Positions 33,028 through 43,955 of a stretch of DNA of 64,000 bases are shown piece after piece. The notes under the pieces are model-generated. The model saw only the letters and a program-made list of their open reading frames with translations, was not told the DNA's origin and searched no databases. The DNA is from an uncultured Gammaproteobacteria bacterium (lineage in GTDB: Bacteria > Pseudomonadota > Gammaproteobacteria > Eutrophobiales > Eutrophobiaceae), in NCBI GenBank assembly GCA_951812995.1, contig CATOTD010000002.1, positions 67,468 to 131,467 on the forward strand, written 5' to 3'. The first letter of the stretch is position 1. Every line of letters begins with the position of its first letter. The translations under genes were made by a program, and so were the position numbers.

Positions 33028-34236
33028 TTGAATATATATATAATTTCACAATGGTACTACCCTGAGCCCGATGGTAGGGTAAGTGCGCTTGCCGAAGGAC
33101 TGGTTAAACTTGGACATGACGTTACCGTCGTTACCGGATTCCCTAATTATCCCATAGGCAGGATATATGCTGGTTATAATATAAAATGGCGACAGTGGGA
33201 AAAATTAAATGGCGTTAATGTATTGCGTTTGCCACTATATCCAAACCACAGCAAATCAGTAATCAAACGTGTACTTAATTACGCAAGCTTTTCCTTATCA
33301 TGTTTACTAATAGCACCGTGGTTTATTAAAAAGCCAGATGTCATCTGGGCATATACCCCTTTTATTGTGATGCCTGTAATTTATTTGCATAAAATATTTA
33401 AGATTCCTTATGTATTAGAAATTCCAGATATGTGGCCTGATACGATTTATGCTACTGGAATGTTAAGGCGCGGAGTATTAACAAAATTATTAAATGGAAT
33501 AGCAAATATTGGTTATAAATATGCTTCAGCGATTACAGTCCAAAATATTGGGTTTAAGACATGTTTGATAGAGAGAAATGTTGAATATAGTAAAATATTT
33601 GTTATTGAAAACTGGGCCGATGAAAAAATATTTAGACCCATTAATTACGATATTGAATTAGCAAAAAAATATAAATTGCAAGATAAATTTATTATTATGT
33701 TTGCTGGCAATATGGGAATTGCGCAAGGACTTAATAATATTATTGAGGCAGCCAATTTATGTAAAAATATAACAGAGATTCAATATGTCTTTATTGGGGA
33801 TGGTGTATGTCTTCAAGAAATTAAACAAAAAACATTGGATTTAGATATTGATAATATTTCCTTTATCGATAAAAAACCTATAAATGAAATAGTCTATTAC
33901 TTATCCCTTGCTGATGTTTTGTTAGTGTCACTACGTGACGACCCGCTATTTGAAATAACTTTACCAGGGAAAACTCAAGCATACCTTGCATGTGGCAAAC
34001 CCATTATTATTGCCAAGCGAGGTGAGGATGCAAAAGCATTAGAAAAACAGGGTTGCGCTATAAACTGTGAGCCTGACGACCCTGTTGCGCTTGTTGATGC
34101 AATAAAAAAAATATTCAATATGTTGCCGGCTAATCGCATTAAAATGGGTGTTTCAGGATTGAAATTATCTAATGAAAAATATAATAAAGACATCTTGTTG
34201 AAAAAAATGGAAGAAGTATTATCGAGAGTTGTTTAA
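33028..34236 (+). CDS. GT4 glycosyltransferase (WbuB/WbjE type)
   Basis: SQWYYPE, TGFPNYP.G, DMWPD, FAGNMGIAQGL, PGKTQAYLACGKPII. Confidence 0.88.
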   Translation: MNIYIISQWYYPEPDGRVSALAEGLVKLGHDVTVVTGFPNYPIGRIYAGYNIKWRQWEKLNGVNVLRLPLYPNHSKSVIKRVLNYASFSLSCLLIAPWFIKKPDVIWAYTPFIVMPVIYLHKIFKIPYVLEIPDMWPDTIYATGMLRRGVLTKLLNGIANIGYKYASAITVQNIGFKTCLIERNVEYSKIFVIENWADEKIFRPINYDIELAKKYKLQDKFIIMFAGNMGIAQGLNNIIEAANLCKNITEIQYVFIGDGVCLQEIKQKTLDLDIDNISFIDKKPINEIVYYLSLADVLLVSLRDDPLFEITLPGKTQAYLACGKPIIIAKRGEDAKALEKQGCAINCEPDDPVALVDAIKKIFNMLPANRIKMGVSGLKLSNEKYNKDILLKKMEEVLSRVV

Positions 34237-34465
34237 TCCTTGCAGGATATCGCCGTATTAACTGATATATCACCCTACAATCCACCCATTTGTAGTCGAA
34301 TTTAAAAGTAGAATCATGCGGCCTTTTTCACTTGTGTGAGTTACATGTCTAGTGTAACTTCGCCAATCGCCATATTAAGCAGGACATTGTTGTAAGTCCA
34401 GAGCCATTGAAATCCCTGTTCTTGCACCCCTTATTGTTGCAAAAATGTTCTGGTCCAACCATTCC

Positions 34466-34819
34466 TAGAAGTGTTCCCCAAAATCTGGACAACGCTTATA
34501 ACCCCTTCCCGATTATGCAGGCATCTTTGTCTGCGTACTGGCAGTATACCGAACCCGGTGTCTACTTGTTCAGTGATTGGTGTCGTTGACGCTCATTGTA
34601 AAACACAAAGTAACGCTGCAATGATTGTCGGGCTTGGGCTACCGTGTCGTACGCTTTGAGATAGACTGCTTCGTATTTCACGCTACGCCATAACCGCTCC
34701 ACAAACACATTATCCACCCAGCGGTACTTGCCATCCATACTGCTCTTGATGTCATTGCCCTTTAGCACCGAAGTGAAGATTTCACCCGTAAACTGATGTC
34801 CTTGGTCAGTATTGAAGCT
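34466..34819 (-). mobile_element. IS3-family 3' remnant
   Basis: FNTDQG.QFT, SMDGK.RWVDNVFVERLWRSVKYE, FYN.RQRHQSL. Confidence 0.85.
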
Positions 34820-36118
34820 GGAAACCTCGAACAACTTGGTTTTTGGGACGAGGACGAAGCGAGTTTCGCTCGGTCTCACCCGCATTGCGGGCATGGAGGT
34901 CATGAGTTGGGGTATTTGAGGCAAAAGCGCGGCGTTTTGGGCTACATAAGCAGGCAATTTCCGAATTTGGACAGAGTCAGGCTGTGGCCTGTCGTCGCTC
35001 GTGGAAAATGAGACGGCGGAAGTTGTAGCTCAGGTTGGCCATGGTCATGCGGGCCTTCGCACGGGTTTGGCCGATTGAGCGGATGGTCAGAGCCATGGGC
35101 CCTTTCTCGTAGCCGAACACAGGCGCGGATGGCGGAGCGTGTCGCGTTGCCCCGGCGAATATGCCTGGCCATGGGTTTGCCGCGTGGCTTCTTGCGATGG
35201 ATATGTGAGCGGTACCCTTGCGCCTTCAGCCAAGCCTCATTCCTGGCCGAGCGGTACCTGGTATCGGCCCAAACCGCCTTCGAGCTGTTTGTCTCGTCCA
35301 GAACCGAGGAGCGTTCATGCCCGTCGTAGCGAGCCGCATTCGTGCCAGTCTCACCCCGGATGAAGCGCCATTTGCGGTCAATGGACACGTGGTTCTTGTA
35401 CCCAAAGTGCGGAACCGAAATATCGACAAGGCCAGTATCCTCCTCACCCTCCCTGGTCGTCTTGGCCTTTGAATACTTGACCGTCCAACGCGCATCGGTG
35501 TCTTTCTGCGCTGCCTTGGACAGATCATCGGGCCAGATGTCAGATGCGGCCTCACCTGCCTTGGCGCGCGCTTTCTCTGCTTTCGTCATCCGCTGGCGCG
35601 GGGCAAAGACCAACGTGGCATCCATAATCTGACCGCCGGTCGGTTTGTATCCCCGCGCGCACAGCTGAGCTTCAAACGCGGCAAACAGGGCCTTGAAGAC
35701 ACCCGCCTGGGTCAGCTTCTCTCTGAAAAGCCAGAGCGTTTTTTGGTCGGGGGTTGGCTCCCCGATTTGAAATCCCAGGAACCGCAGCCAACTGAAACGG
35801 TCACGAATGAGAAACTCCATCCGCTCATCACTCAGATTGTGCATCGAGGCCAACACCAGCACCTTGAACATCACAACGGCATCATAGGGCGGACGACCAC
35901 CTTTGGGACGTTCCCCATAATCAAGCGCTTCAACAAGAACTGGGCGAAACACTTCGAAATCAACGTGCCGCTCCAAAACCTCAAGCGGATCTCCCATCGC
36001 CGAAAGCCGCGCCAAATGATCCGTCAAATCAAACAATCCAGGTGCGTGCATAAACAAAATCCTCCCACATCAAGTGAATCAGACCGTACCACAAAATGCA
36101 CGGTTTTTAGAGGCTTCC
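34820..36118 (-). mobile_element. IS5-family element (second type) copy 1, C-terminal frameshift
   Basis: GGRPPYD, MDATLV, DTDARWT, FGYKNH, WADT; IR GGAAACCTC / GAGGCTTCC. Confidence 0.9.
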
Positions 36119-36411
36119 AGTTGGCAAACCACACCAAGGTGCGTCCGTGCGCAAAATCCTCAAACACCACATTAATGACCGTGGTTATCTTAGTGTCAAT
36201 CGCCTCTGGTTCGGTCCAGCAGACAGGACTCTAGTAGTAACGTAACCCAGTGTTATCCGAAATATCATGGTGTTGATGGGCTGGCTTCATGGTCATGGCC
36301 AGCAAGCATGGCATGAGGTTGGCGGCGCGGTATCAAGGATAAGTTTTTGGCAATGTATAAGTAATCTCGTTTTCTTTTATGACCAGGTATCCTAGCTTCT
36401 GTAGTTTCTTG

Positions 36412-37560
36412 GGTAGTGTCAATAATCTCTCGCACTTTCTGATTTGGCTTTCCCTTAAATCTGGTTGTTACGCGATCTGAAAATCCTTTTCTTTATCCAT
36501 CTCTTGGAGCAAATCCATGTTCAGATATTTCCGCGTTCCCCACTAGCTCCCCGCGATGTGTCTAAGCCTTGCCGCACAAAGCATCAACGCCGAGTTGCCA
36601 TCCGGGAATGCACACACTACTCGTGTTCGCCGCCTGATTTCTCGGATGATCCTCTCCAAAGGATTGTTAGTCCGAATGCGAATCCAGTGCTCTGCCAGAA
36701 ACCGATAATACGTCAGGGTCTCTTCCATGCACTACCCAGCCAATCCGCTACACTCGATAACTTCATGTCCCTGAGTTTCTTCTCGACCTCCGTGGCCTTA
36801 TGCCTGGCAGATTCCAGATATTCAGATGCATGGATAGCCTGCAACATGCGAGAGACTTCTTTGACACGACCACGAGACACATGACTGAAGACGTTGCGGT
36901 AGAAGTGCACAATACAACGCTGCCAGCCAGCTTAGGGGTAGAAGTCACCGATAGACTCCTTGCGCCCAAGACAGGCATCACTGAGCACCAACCTGATGCC
37001 CTTGAGACCGCGTGCCTGCAAATGACGCAGGAATCCTGACCATCCCACCTTATCCTCCTTAGTACCTTCAACAATCCCTAGAATGCGGCGGTAGCCATCG
37101 TCCCCAACACCGATGGCGACTAGAACAGAAACGTTCTTCACTGCACCGCCCCAACTGCGTTTGAGCACAACACCGTCCAGGTATACATAAGGGAAATCAC
37201 TCCCTATGGGGCGATTACGCCACTCTTCAATCTGCCCATAGATACGCTGGTTGAGCTTTGAAATAGTCCCTAAGCTGACACGGGTACCCCACAATGCTAC
37301 GGTAATGTCTTCTACACGTTGTACTGAAACACCTGCCAGATACATCTCGATCAGTGCCTCTTCAATTGACGCTACACGGTGCCGATAGTGCTCTATGATG
37401 GCCATCTCAAAGGTCTGCTTGCGTAGCTTCGGCATCTTTAACTCAAGCTCTCCGGCCCTTGTGTGGCACTTCCTGGTGTAGCTACCAGACCGGTCGTCTT
37501 TGCGCGTCTCAGTGCGTGCATATCGATCAGCACCCACCAGCGCATCAGCCTCAGCACGAA
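36412..37560 (-). mobile_element. IS256 type A copy 2, 5' truncated by IS5
   Basis: Right end GGTAGTGTCAATAATC; near-identical to 22092..23443. Confidence 0.9.
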
Positions 37561-37566
37561 TCAGTT

Positions 37567-38865
37567 GGAATCCTCTAAAAACCGTACACTTTGTGGTACG
37601 GTCTGATTCACTTGATGTGGGAGGATTTTGTTTATGCACGCACCTGGATTGTTTGATTTGACGGATCATTTGGCGCGGCTTTCGGCGATGGGAGATCCGC
37701 TTGAGGTTTTGGAGCGGCACGTTGATTTCGAAGTGTTTCGCCCAGTTCTTGTTGAAGCGCTTGGCTATGGGGAACGTCCCAAAGGTGGTCGCCCGCCCTA
37801 TGATGCCGTTGTGATGTTCAAGGTTCTGGTGTTGGCCTCGATGCACAATCTGAGCGATGAGCGGATGGAGTTTCTCATTCGTAACCGTTTCAGTTGGCTA
37901 CGGTTCCTGGGATTTCAAATCGGGGAGCCGACACCTGATCAGAAGACGATCTGGCTTTTCAGAGAGAAGCTGACCTAGGCGGGTGTCTTCAAGGCCCTGT
38001 TTGCCGCGTTTGAAGCTCAGCTGTGCGCGCGGGGATACAAACCGACCGGCGGTCAGATTGTGGATGCCACGTTGGTCTCTGCCCCGCGCCAGCGGATGAC
38101 GAAAGCAGAGAAAGCGCGCGCCAAGGCAGGTGAGGCCGCGTCTGACATCTGGCCCGATGATCTGTCCAAGGCAGCGCAGAAAGACACCGATGCACGTTGG
38201 ACGGTCAAGTATTCAAAGGCCAAGACAACCAAGGAGGGTGAGGAGGATACTGGCCTTGTCGATATTTCTGTTCCGCACTTTGGGTACAAGAACCACGTGT
38301 CCATAGACCGCAAATGGCGCTTCATCCAGGGTGAGACTGGCACGAATGCGGCTCGCTACGACGGGCATGAACTCTCCTCGGTTCTGGACGAGACAAACAG
38401 CTCGAAGGCGGTTTGGGCCGATACCGGGTACCGCTTGGCCAGGAATGAGGCTTGGCTGAAGGCGCAAGGGTACCGCTCACATATCCATCGCAAGAAGCCA
38501 CGCGGCAAACCCATGGCCAGGCATATTCGTCGGGGCAACGCGACACGCTCCGCCATCCGCGCCTGTGTTCGGCTACGAGAAAGGGCCCATGGCTCTGACC
38601 ATCCGCTCAATCGGCCAAACCCGTGCGAAGGCCCGCATGACCATGGCCAACCTGAGCTACAACTTCCGCCGTCTCATCTTCCACGAGCGACGACAGGCCA
38701 CAGCCTGACTCCGCCCAAATTCCGGAAATACCCGCCCTGGCGGACCCAAACAGCGCAACACAGCCTCAAATACCACCGATCTTGACCTTCACACCCACTA
38801 TGCGGGTGACAACGACTGGTGCTCGCGTCAAAATCCATCCAGAATCAGCGTTGTTCGAGGTCTCC
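37567..38865 (+). mobile_element. IS5-family element (second type) copy 2, with nonsense codon
   Basis: Inverted copy of 34820..36118; CAG>TAG at 37976. Confidence 0.9.
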
Positions 38866-39429
38866 AACTTCCCATTGCCGTTTCAAACGACCCACGACAT
38901 TGGCCGACAGCCCTTTAGCCTCCAATCCGACAATCGCTTCCAGTGCACTTTGCATCTGACCACTCGAAACACCTTTCAAATAAAGCCAGGGAATCGCCGC
39001 ATCCAGGGTCGCTGTGCGCCGGATGTAGGGCGGTACAAGCAAAGATTGAAAGCTCGCCGACTCACCCTCACGGCTACGGATATTGGGCACCTCGACGCTG
39101 ACCTTGCCAACCCCGATGATGATCTCTCGTTCTGGATGATGGCCACTGCGGACAACGCGCTGGCATCCGTCAGCCGTTTTTTGATCATCATACTGCCTCA
39201 TCAACTCATCTGGCTCTACCTGGACAGCTTCGGTGATTAACTGCCTCGCACCAGATCTGAGTAACTCTGTCAGTGGATCAATTCCCTCTGGTGTACCCAG
39301 ATCAATCACAGTATTGTTTGTCATGTGTGGCGTACTCCTCTTGTTACTTTTGATTGCTAGACAAAACCGATTCCAGCAAGGCACGCCGCATACTTCAACC
39401 TCTTCAGACATCAGGTTCGATTATAACTC
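38866..39429 (-). mobile_element. IS256 type B, 5' part
   Basis: LLRSGARQLI, VVRSGH.PER, LYLKGVSSG; near-identical to 58432..59045. Confidence 0.88.
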
Positions 39430-39435
39430 TATAAA

Positions 39436-39591
39436 TCAATCCGTGATTTCAATAGTTTTGCCATTTTTTAGCTTAAACTTGCACTCTAGTTCTTTTTTAG
39501 GTGGTGGATTATTAGGCATCCTATAAGCCTTTTTAGGCTTATAGGATGCTATTTTCTTAACTGTTTTAGTAAATTGTTTTTGTGTGATCAT
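39436..39591 (-). CDS. small basic hypothetical protein (51 aa)
   Basis: MITQKQFTKTVKKIASYKPKKAYRMPNNPPPKKELECKFKLKNGKTIEITD; below the ORF-track cutoff. Confidence 0.4.
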   Translation of the reverse strand: MITQKQFTKTVKKIASYKPKKAYRMPNNPPPKKELECKFKLKNGKTIEITD

Positions 39592-39599
39592 TTTCTAGG

Positions 39600-40581
39600 T
39601 GTGATCTGGGCATAGGTTATTCATGCGAGCCATGTGAGAGATTATATAAGTGACCAAACCAATAGGGTCAACAGAAACCCGCATGAACGTACACAAGCAT
39701 GCCCCATTGACACCGGAAGGTTGACTGAGTATGGTCAGACGAGCCCAACAACCTGGTTTTTCAGCGACCCAGGTGGCGCAAGAGTTTCATACGTCAACTC
39801 ACACTGTATTGAAGTGGAACAATCGATTTGAGAAGGAAGGTCTGGCAGGCCTGGAAGATAGCAGTTCTCGGCCAGTCAGCCGCCATCCCAGAGCACTGAC
39901 AAATAGGCAAGTCCGCCAAACCTCTTTGCTACGTAAGCACCGCCGGACCATGGAGCGGATTGCCAGGAATGTCGGCTCGACCCCGCCACAATGTCTTCGC
40001 ACCGCAGACGACTCGGTCTAAACAAACGCTCCGCGCTTGCACCCGCTAAACCCAATAATCGCTATGAGCGGTCTTATCCAGGTTCACTGTTGCACCTGGA
40101 CAGCAAGAAACTTAGGCGTTTTTGCAAAGGTAAGCCGTCTGCAGGGGCTGGCTGGGAGTACATACACATCTGCATCGATGCTCATTCCCGACTCAGTTAC
40201 GCTGAGATTCTGCCCGATGAACGCAAAGAGCGTGAAAGCCTACTATGAATCGATGGGCATACAGATTGAGCAGGTGATGACCGACTATGGCTTGAGGGTA
40301 TCGAGCAAAGTTCTTCAATAGGGTACTCAAGGCCATGGGTAGCGGCCACCTGTTTACTCGGCCTTACACACCAAGAACCAACGGCAAGGCCGAGCGATTC
40401 ATACAAACAATGCTCAGAGAGTGGGCCTATGCGATGCGTTATCAAACTTCTCATCTTAGGGCCAAAGCACTACTACCGTGGATTCATGACTACCATTGGC
40501 ATCGACCTCACGGCAGTATAGACAATCAACCACCCATCTCTCGGATAGACATTGCCATGAACAACCTATTTAGGTTCCACA
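39600..40581 (+). mobile_element. IS481-family element, frameshifted
   Basis: TGT...ACA ends with ATAGGTT(A/G)TTCA IR; MNVHKHA.LT, LEDSSSRP, LLHLDSKK, PRTNGKAERFIQT. Confidence 0.9.
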
Positions 40582-40586
40582 TCTAA

Positions 40587-41754
40587 GAAACCTCCGATTA
40601 ATTCCATAATATGCGATAATACCGCAATGTTTTAAGTGGAGGGTCAAAAGATGCAACAAAAAAGCCTGGCAGTATCTGGATTCGAGAAATACCGCAAGAA
40701 GACACGCAAAGAGATATTTCTCGAAGAGATGAATCAGCTCATTCCCTGGCAAGCGCTGACTGCAGTAATTGAGCCTCATTACCCCAACCCCTGCTGGTCG
40801 CCGTCCGGTGGGCCTGGAACGCATGCTGAGAATTGACTTCCTGCAACACTGGTTTGCCTTATCTGATCCTGCCACAGAAGCGGCTTTATATGACACACCT
40901 GCCATGCGGTGTTTTGCCCAGATAGACTTAGGTCAGGAACCCGTGCCAGATGCAAGCACCCGCTGTCAATGCCGTCATCTACTGGAGGAGAACAACCTCG
41001 GAGTTGCCCTGTTTGATGCTGTTGCCGTCTATCTGGAGGAAAACGGCATGAAAGTATCCAAAGGCACTATTGTTGATGCGACCATCATCAATGCGCCTAC
41101 CGCCACCAAGAACAAAAGCAACACCCGTGACCCTGATAGGCATCAGACCAAACAAGGCAAGCCATGGTACTTTGGCATGAAGGCACACATCGGTGTGGAT
41201 AGCAAAACCAAACTGATACACTCTGTTGTTGCCACACCAGCCAATGTCCACGACTCACAGGTACCTGGAGACCTGCTGCATGGAGAAGAGACCCGTCTTT
41301 GGGGAGATAGTGCCTATGCGGGTCAGCAATCCGTACTCAAGGATAATGACCCCAAGGTAAAAGACTACACCCAGGTCAAAGGCTCACGTCACCGCAAACT
41401 GACCGAACAGGACAAGGCTAAAAACCGGCACAAATCCAAAGTCCGTGCCAAGGTTGAGCATGTCTTTCATATCATGCAGCGACAATATGGATTTACCAAA
41501 GTCAGATTCAAAGGGCCAGGCAAGAATGCGAACCACCTGTTTGCCCACTGTGCCCTGATTAATCTTATGCTATCAAAGAAACAATTATTACGGCTATCAG
41601 TGGCTTAGTACGCCTGGAATAGGGGCGATAGCTGAAAACAGTAGGCCGGGACAAGAGAAATGAAAGAGAGTAATGAGCAAGACGTTCAATGCTCGCTACT
41701 ATCGAGCACAGTGATGCCCACTTGCTTGAAAATCCTTAATTGATCAGATGTTCC
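40587..41754 (+). mobile_element. IS5-family element copy 2 of 27428..28602, frameshifted
   Basis: Near-identical sequence with a different frameshift. Confidence 0.92.
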
Positions 41755-41879
41755 TTAGGTAATTATATATCTGAGTAACAATATGCTTTCAGTCCTTTTC
41801 CACAATATTGATTGATAGGTTGGCAGTAATAGTGCAATGTTTTGATTATTTATTAGGCTAGGCATTGGTACACGCTTTT

Positions 41880-42605
41880 TCATTGCTTAGCCCCCTGTTG
41901 GCTATCTGTATTAATCTCCATCACTCTCCAGTCCGCCTTCTTTCGAAGCTTTTCAAAACTAAGCCGTACCCTGAAATCTTCCCCTAAAGTTGGTGCGTTT
42001 CAACCCGCAAGCCAAATAGTATCAGTGGCTGACGGGTTATACCTGTCCTGTAGTTCGCCGTTTGGGATGCAAGCTATAATGATGCGGTTTAGTTTTTGTG
42101 AACTACCCACTACTTCATAGACATACTTGGCAATCATGGTAACCACATACATCCTACGCTCGCCCCGTTCAATGAAGCGGTCCAACTTGCCGACTTCAGC
42201 TAAAGACTCTCCTGCACGATGCATCTTCACGGTCATTGATGTTTGCGACATTTGAATGGTTGCTGTTCTGTTGCCATTGCGTTTTTCAGCTTTTGCGTCC
42301 AGCATCAGCGCAACAGGCACAGGATTGGGGAGAAAGGCGTATATTGCCTTCTTGTAATCAACTTTTCCGTATAGGCGCTCGGCAATAGCAGATACCCCCA
42401 TGGTTTCAAGTGCCTCTCTGGTTACGTCCTCAGCGATATCTTGAGGGAGATCGGTCTCCTCTCGAAAGATGGTAACAGCTTGGTCGTAGTAATCAGTGAT
42501 GGCTTGCACCACTACCCCCATGACAGCCTGTTCAAGATGTTCCAATTCCTCAGGCAGCATCGGTACGAAGTCTCGCCATGGCCGTATATTTTGGGTCTGA
42601 ATCAA
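41880..42605 (-). pseudogene. SfiI-family type II restriction endonuclease with internal stop
   Basis: IAEDVT, GKVDYKK, MLDAKAE, TIQMSQ, RYNP; TGA at 42002-42000, then the frame continues NAPTLGEDFRVRLSFEKL...WRV. Confidence 0.8.
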
Positions 42606-43581
42606 TGCCGTACCATTGTCGATTCAGCTTCTTGGCCACTGCCGTAGTGGTGCCGCTACCAACAAACGGGTCAATAACGACACCTCCTTCGGGTGAGAAT
42701 AAACGTATTACTCTAGAGGCTAATTCTTCAGGAAACTCTGCTTCGTGCCGATTGTTCCGCGCCACTGACCTTATCTGCCAAATACCACGTGATCCCCAGC
42801 TAGACCATTCGTGATCATCTATCCGAGCACGATCATAAGTTACGATGCCAGGCCGATGGAGTACATAAATGTGCTCAAATTCATCCACAGATCGATAACT
42901 GTTAGAATGCCACCTGCTATTCATCCAGCAGGGGTCTTTATGCCAGATGCGCTGATCATACAAATATAATCCAGCCGCTTCCCCCCATTCCACCACCATG
43001 CATCCAGTCAACAATAGCTTGGTTTGGGTTTGTCGTTTCCCGCCCCGTACATTATTGTGCTCCAGCCGCCTCTGAACGGTTTGTTCGCTACAGCCGAGAA
43101 CAGCACCTATCTCTTTCCTGTTGTAGTCTGGGTATACGGTCATGGTCTCCAGGATTTGTTTGCGCGTCACAGGATTTTTTTTGTGCCTCATGTTGTCAGC
43201 CCGGAAACGCGGAATGCTTTTATCTGGGAAACAAAGAATATCTCCAATGTTAATCGCAAGGAATCCGCCAGGTTTGATGATTCTGGCATGACCAGCTATG
43301 ACTGCACACACCATATCTTGCCACTCTTCAAATGTTAAATTGCGCTCATACGACTTGCCAACGTAGTAAGGCGGCGACCAGAAGCTCAAATCAACGGAAC
43401 TGTCAGGAATCTGGGGTAAAACGTCTCTCGCGTCCCCGGTGACAATTCGATTAAACGGGAGGTTAGCTTTCGCTTTCCTAGACCCTTGCACCTCTTCATG
43501 CTGGCGGGAAAGCCCCTGATTATTGGACCTGTTTCTGGTCTTGATGCCTTGTATTGGCGGTGTCTGAACTCCGCCAATCAC
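42550..43581 (-). CDS. N4-cytosine DNA methyltransferase (M.BglI/M.SfiI type, beta class)
   Basis: WSPPY motif IV, H.AEFP, DPFVGSGTT motif I. Confidence 0.88.
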   Translation of the reverse strand: MIGGVQTPPIQGIKTRNRSNNQGLSRQHEEVQGSRKAKANLPFNRIVTGDARDVLPQIPDSSVDLSFWSPPYYVGKSYERNLTFEEWQDMVCAVIAGHARIIKPGGFLAINIGDILCFPDKSIPRFRADNMRHKKNPVTRKQILETMTVYPDYNRKEIGAVLGCSEQTVQRRLEHNNVRGGKRQTQTKLLLTGCMVVEWGEAAGLYLYDQRIWHKDPCWMNSRWHSNSYRSVDEFEHIYVLHRPGIVTYDRARIDDHEWSSWGSRGIWQIRSVARNNRHEAEFPEELASRVIRLFSPEGGVVIDPFVGSGTTTAVAKKLNRQWYGIDSDPKYTAMARLRTDAA

Positions 43582-43853
43582 GACCGCGCACCACTTGATA
43601 GTCCGTTGTCGGTAATCAATTCGCGGTAGCGAAGTTGCTTTCCCCCCATCCCAATAACGATACAGGCCATCTGATCCGTCGTGTCAGCATCACGGTTGTT
43701 CTGCCTTTCGGCAAACTCATTGACATAACGGTCAAGGTGCTTCTCACTCGTTTTGTGGTAGGTACCGTAATACCAACGCTTGAGCATCGCCCAGAAGCTC
43801 TCAATTTCCAGATATTTTTGATACTGCTTATCGCTAATCGGTTTGTCAATCAT
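43578..43853 (-). pseudogene. C-terminal fragment of another IS1595 transposase fused to an unrelated N-terminus
   Basis: IESFWAMLKR..GTYH..SEKHLDRYVNEF..R.N...GKQLRYREL. Confidence 0.85.
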
Positions 43854-43860
43854 AGCTTTC

Positions 43861-43950
43861 CTACCTCTTTAAACTCGTTGGAGAAGTAACCACAAGGTCA
43901 ACAAAACAATCTGGCATACTAGCCATTATTTTAAGGCAGTTGCCTTGCAT
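43861..43950 (-). pseudogene. N-terminal stub of a second beta-class DNA methyltransferase
   Basis: MQGNCLKIMASMPDCFVDLVVTSP matches the GDCL...PD.SVDLVVTSPPY start, cut inside motif IV. Confidence 0.75.
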
Positions 43951-43955
43951 ATATT

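Noticed and set aside
42000..42002. TGA recoding or alternative genetic code
   Set aside because: Core genes such as ftsE, phoR and pstC terminate at TGA normally
43040..43200. HTH-like insert inside the N4C methyltransferase
   Set aside because: As I recall, M.BglI-type enzymes have the same segment, so probably not novel
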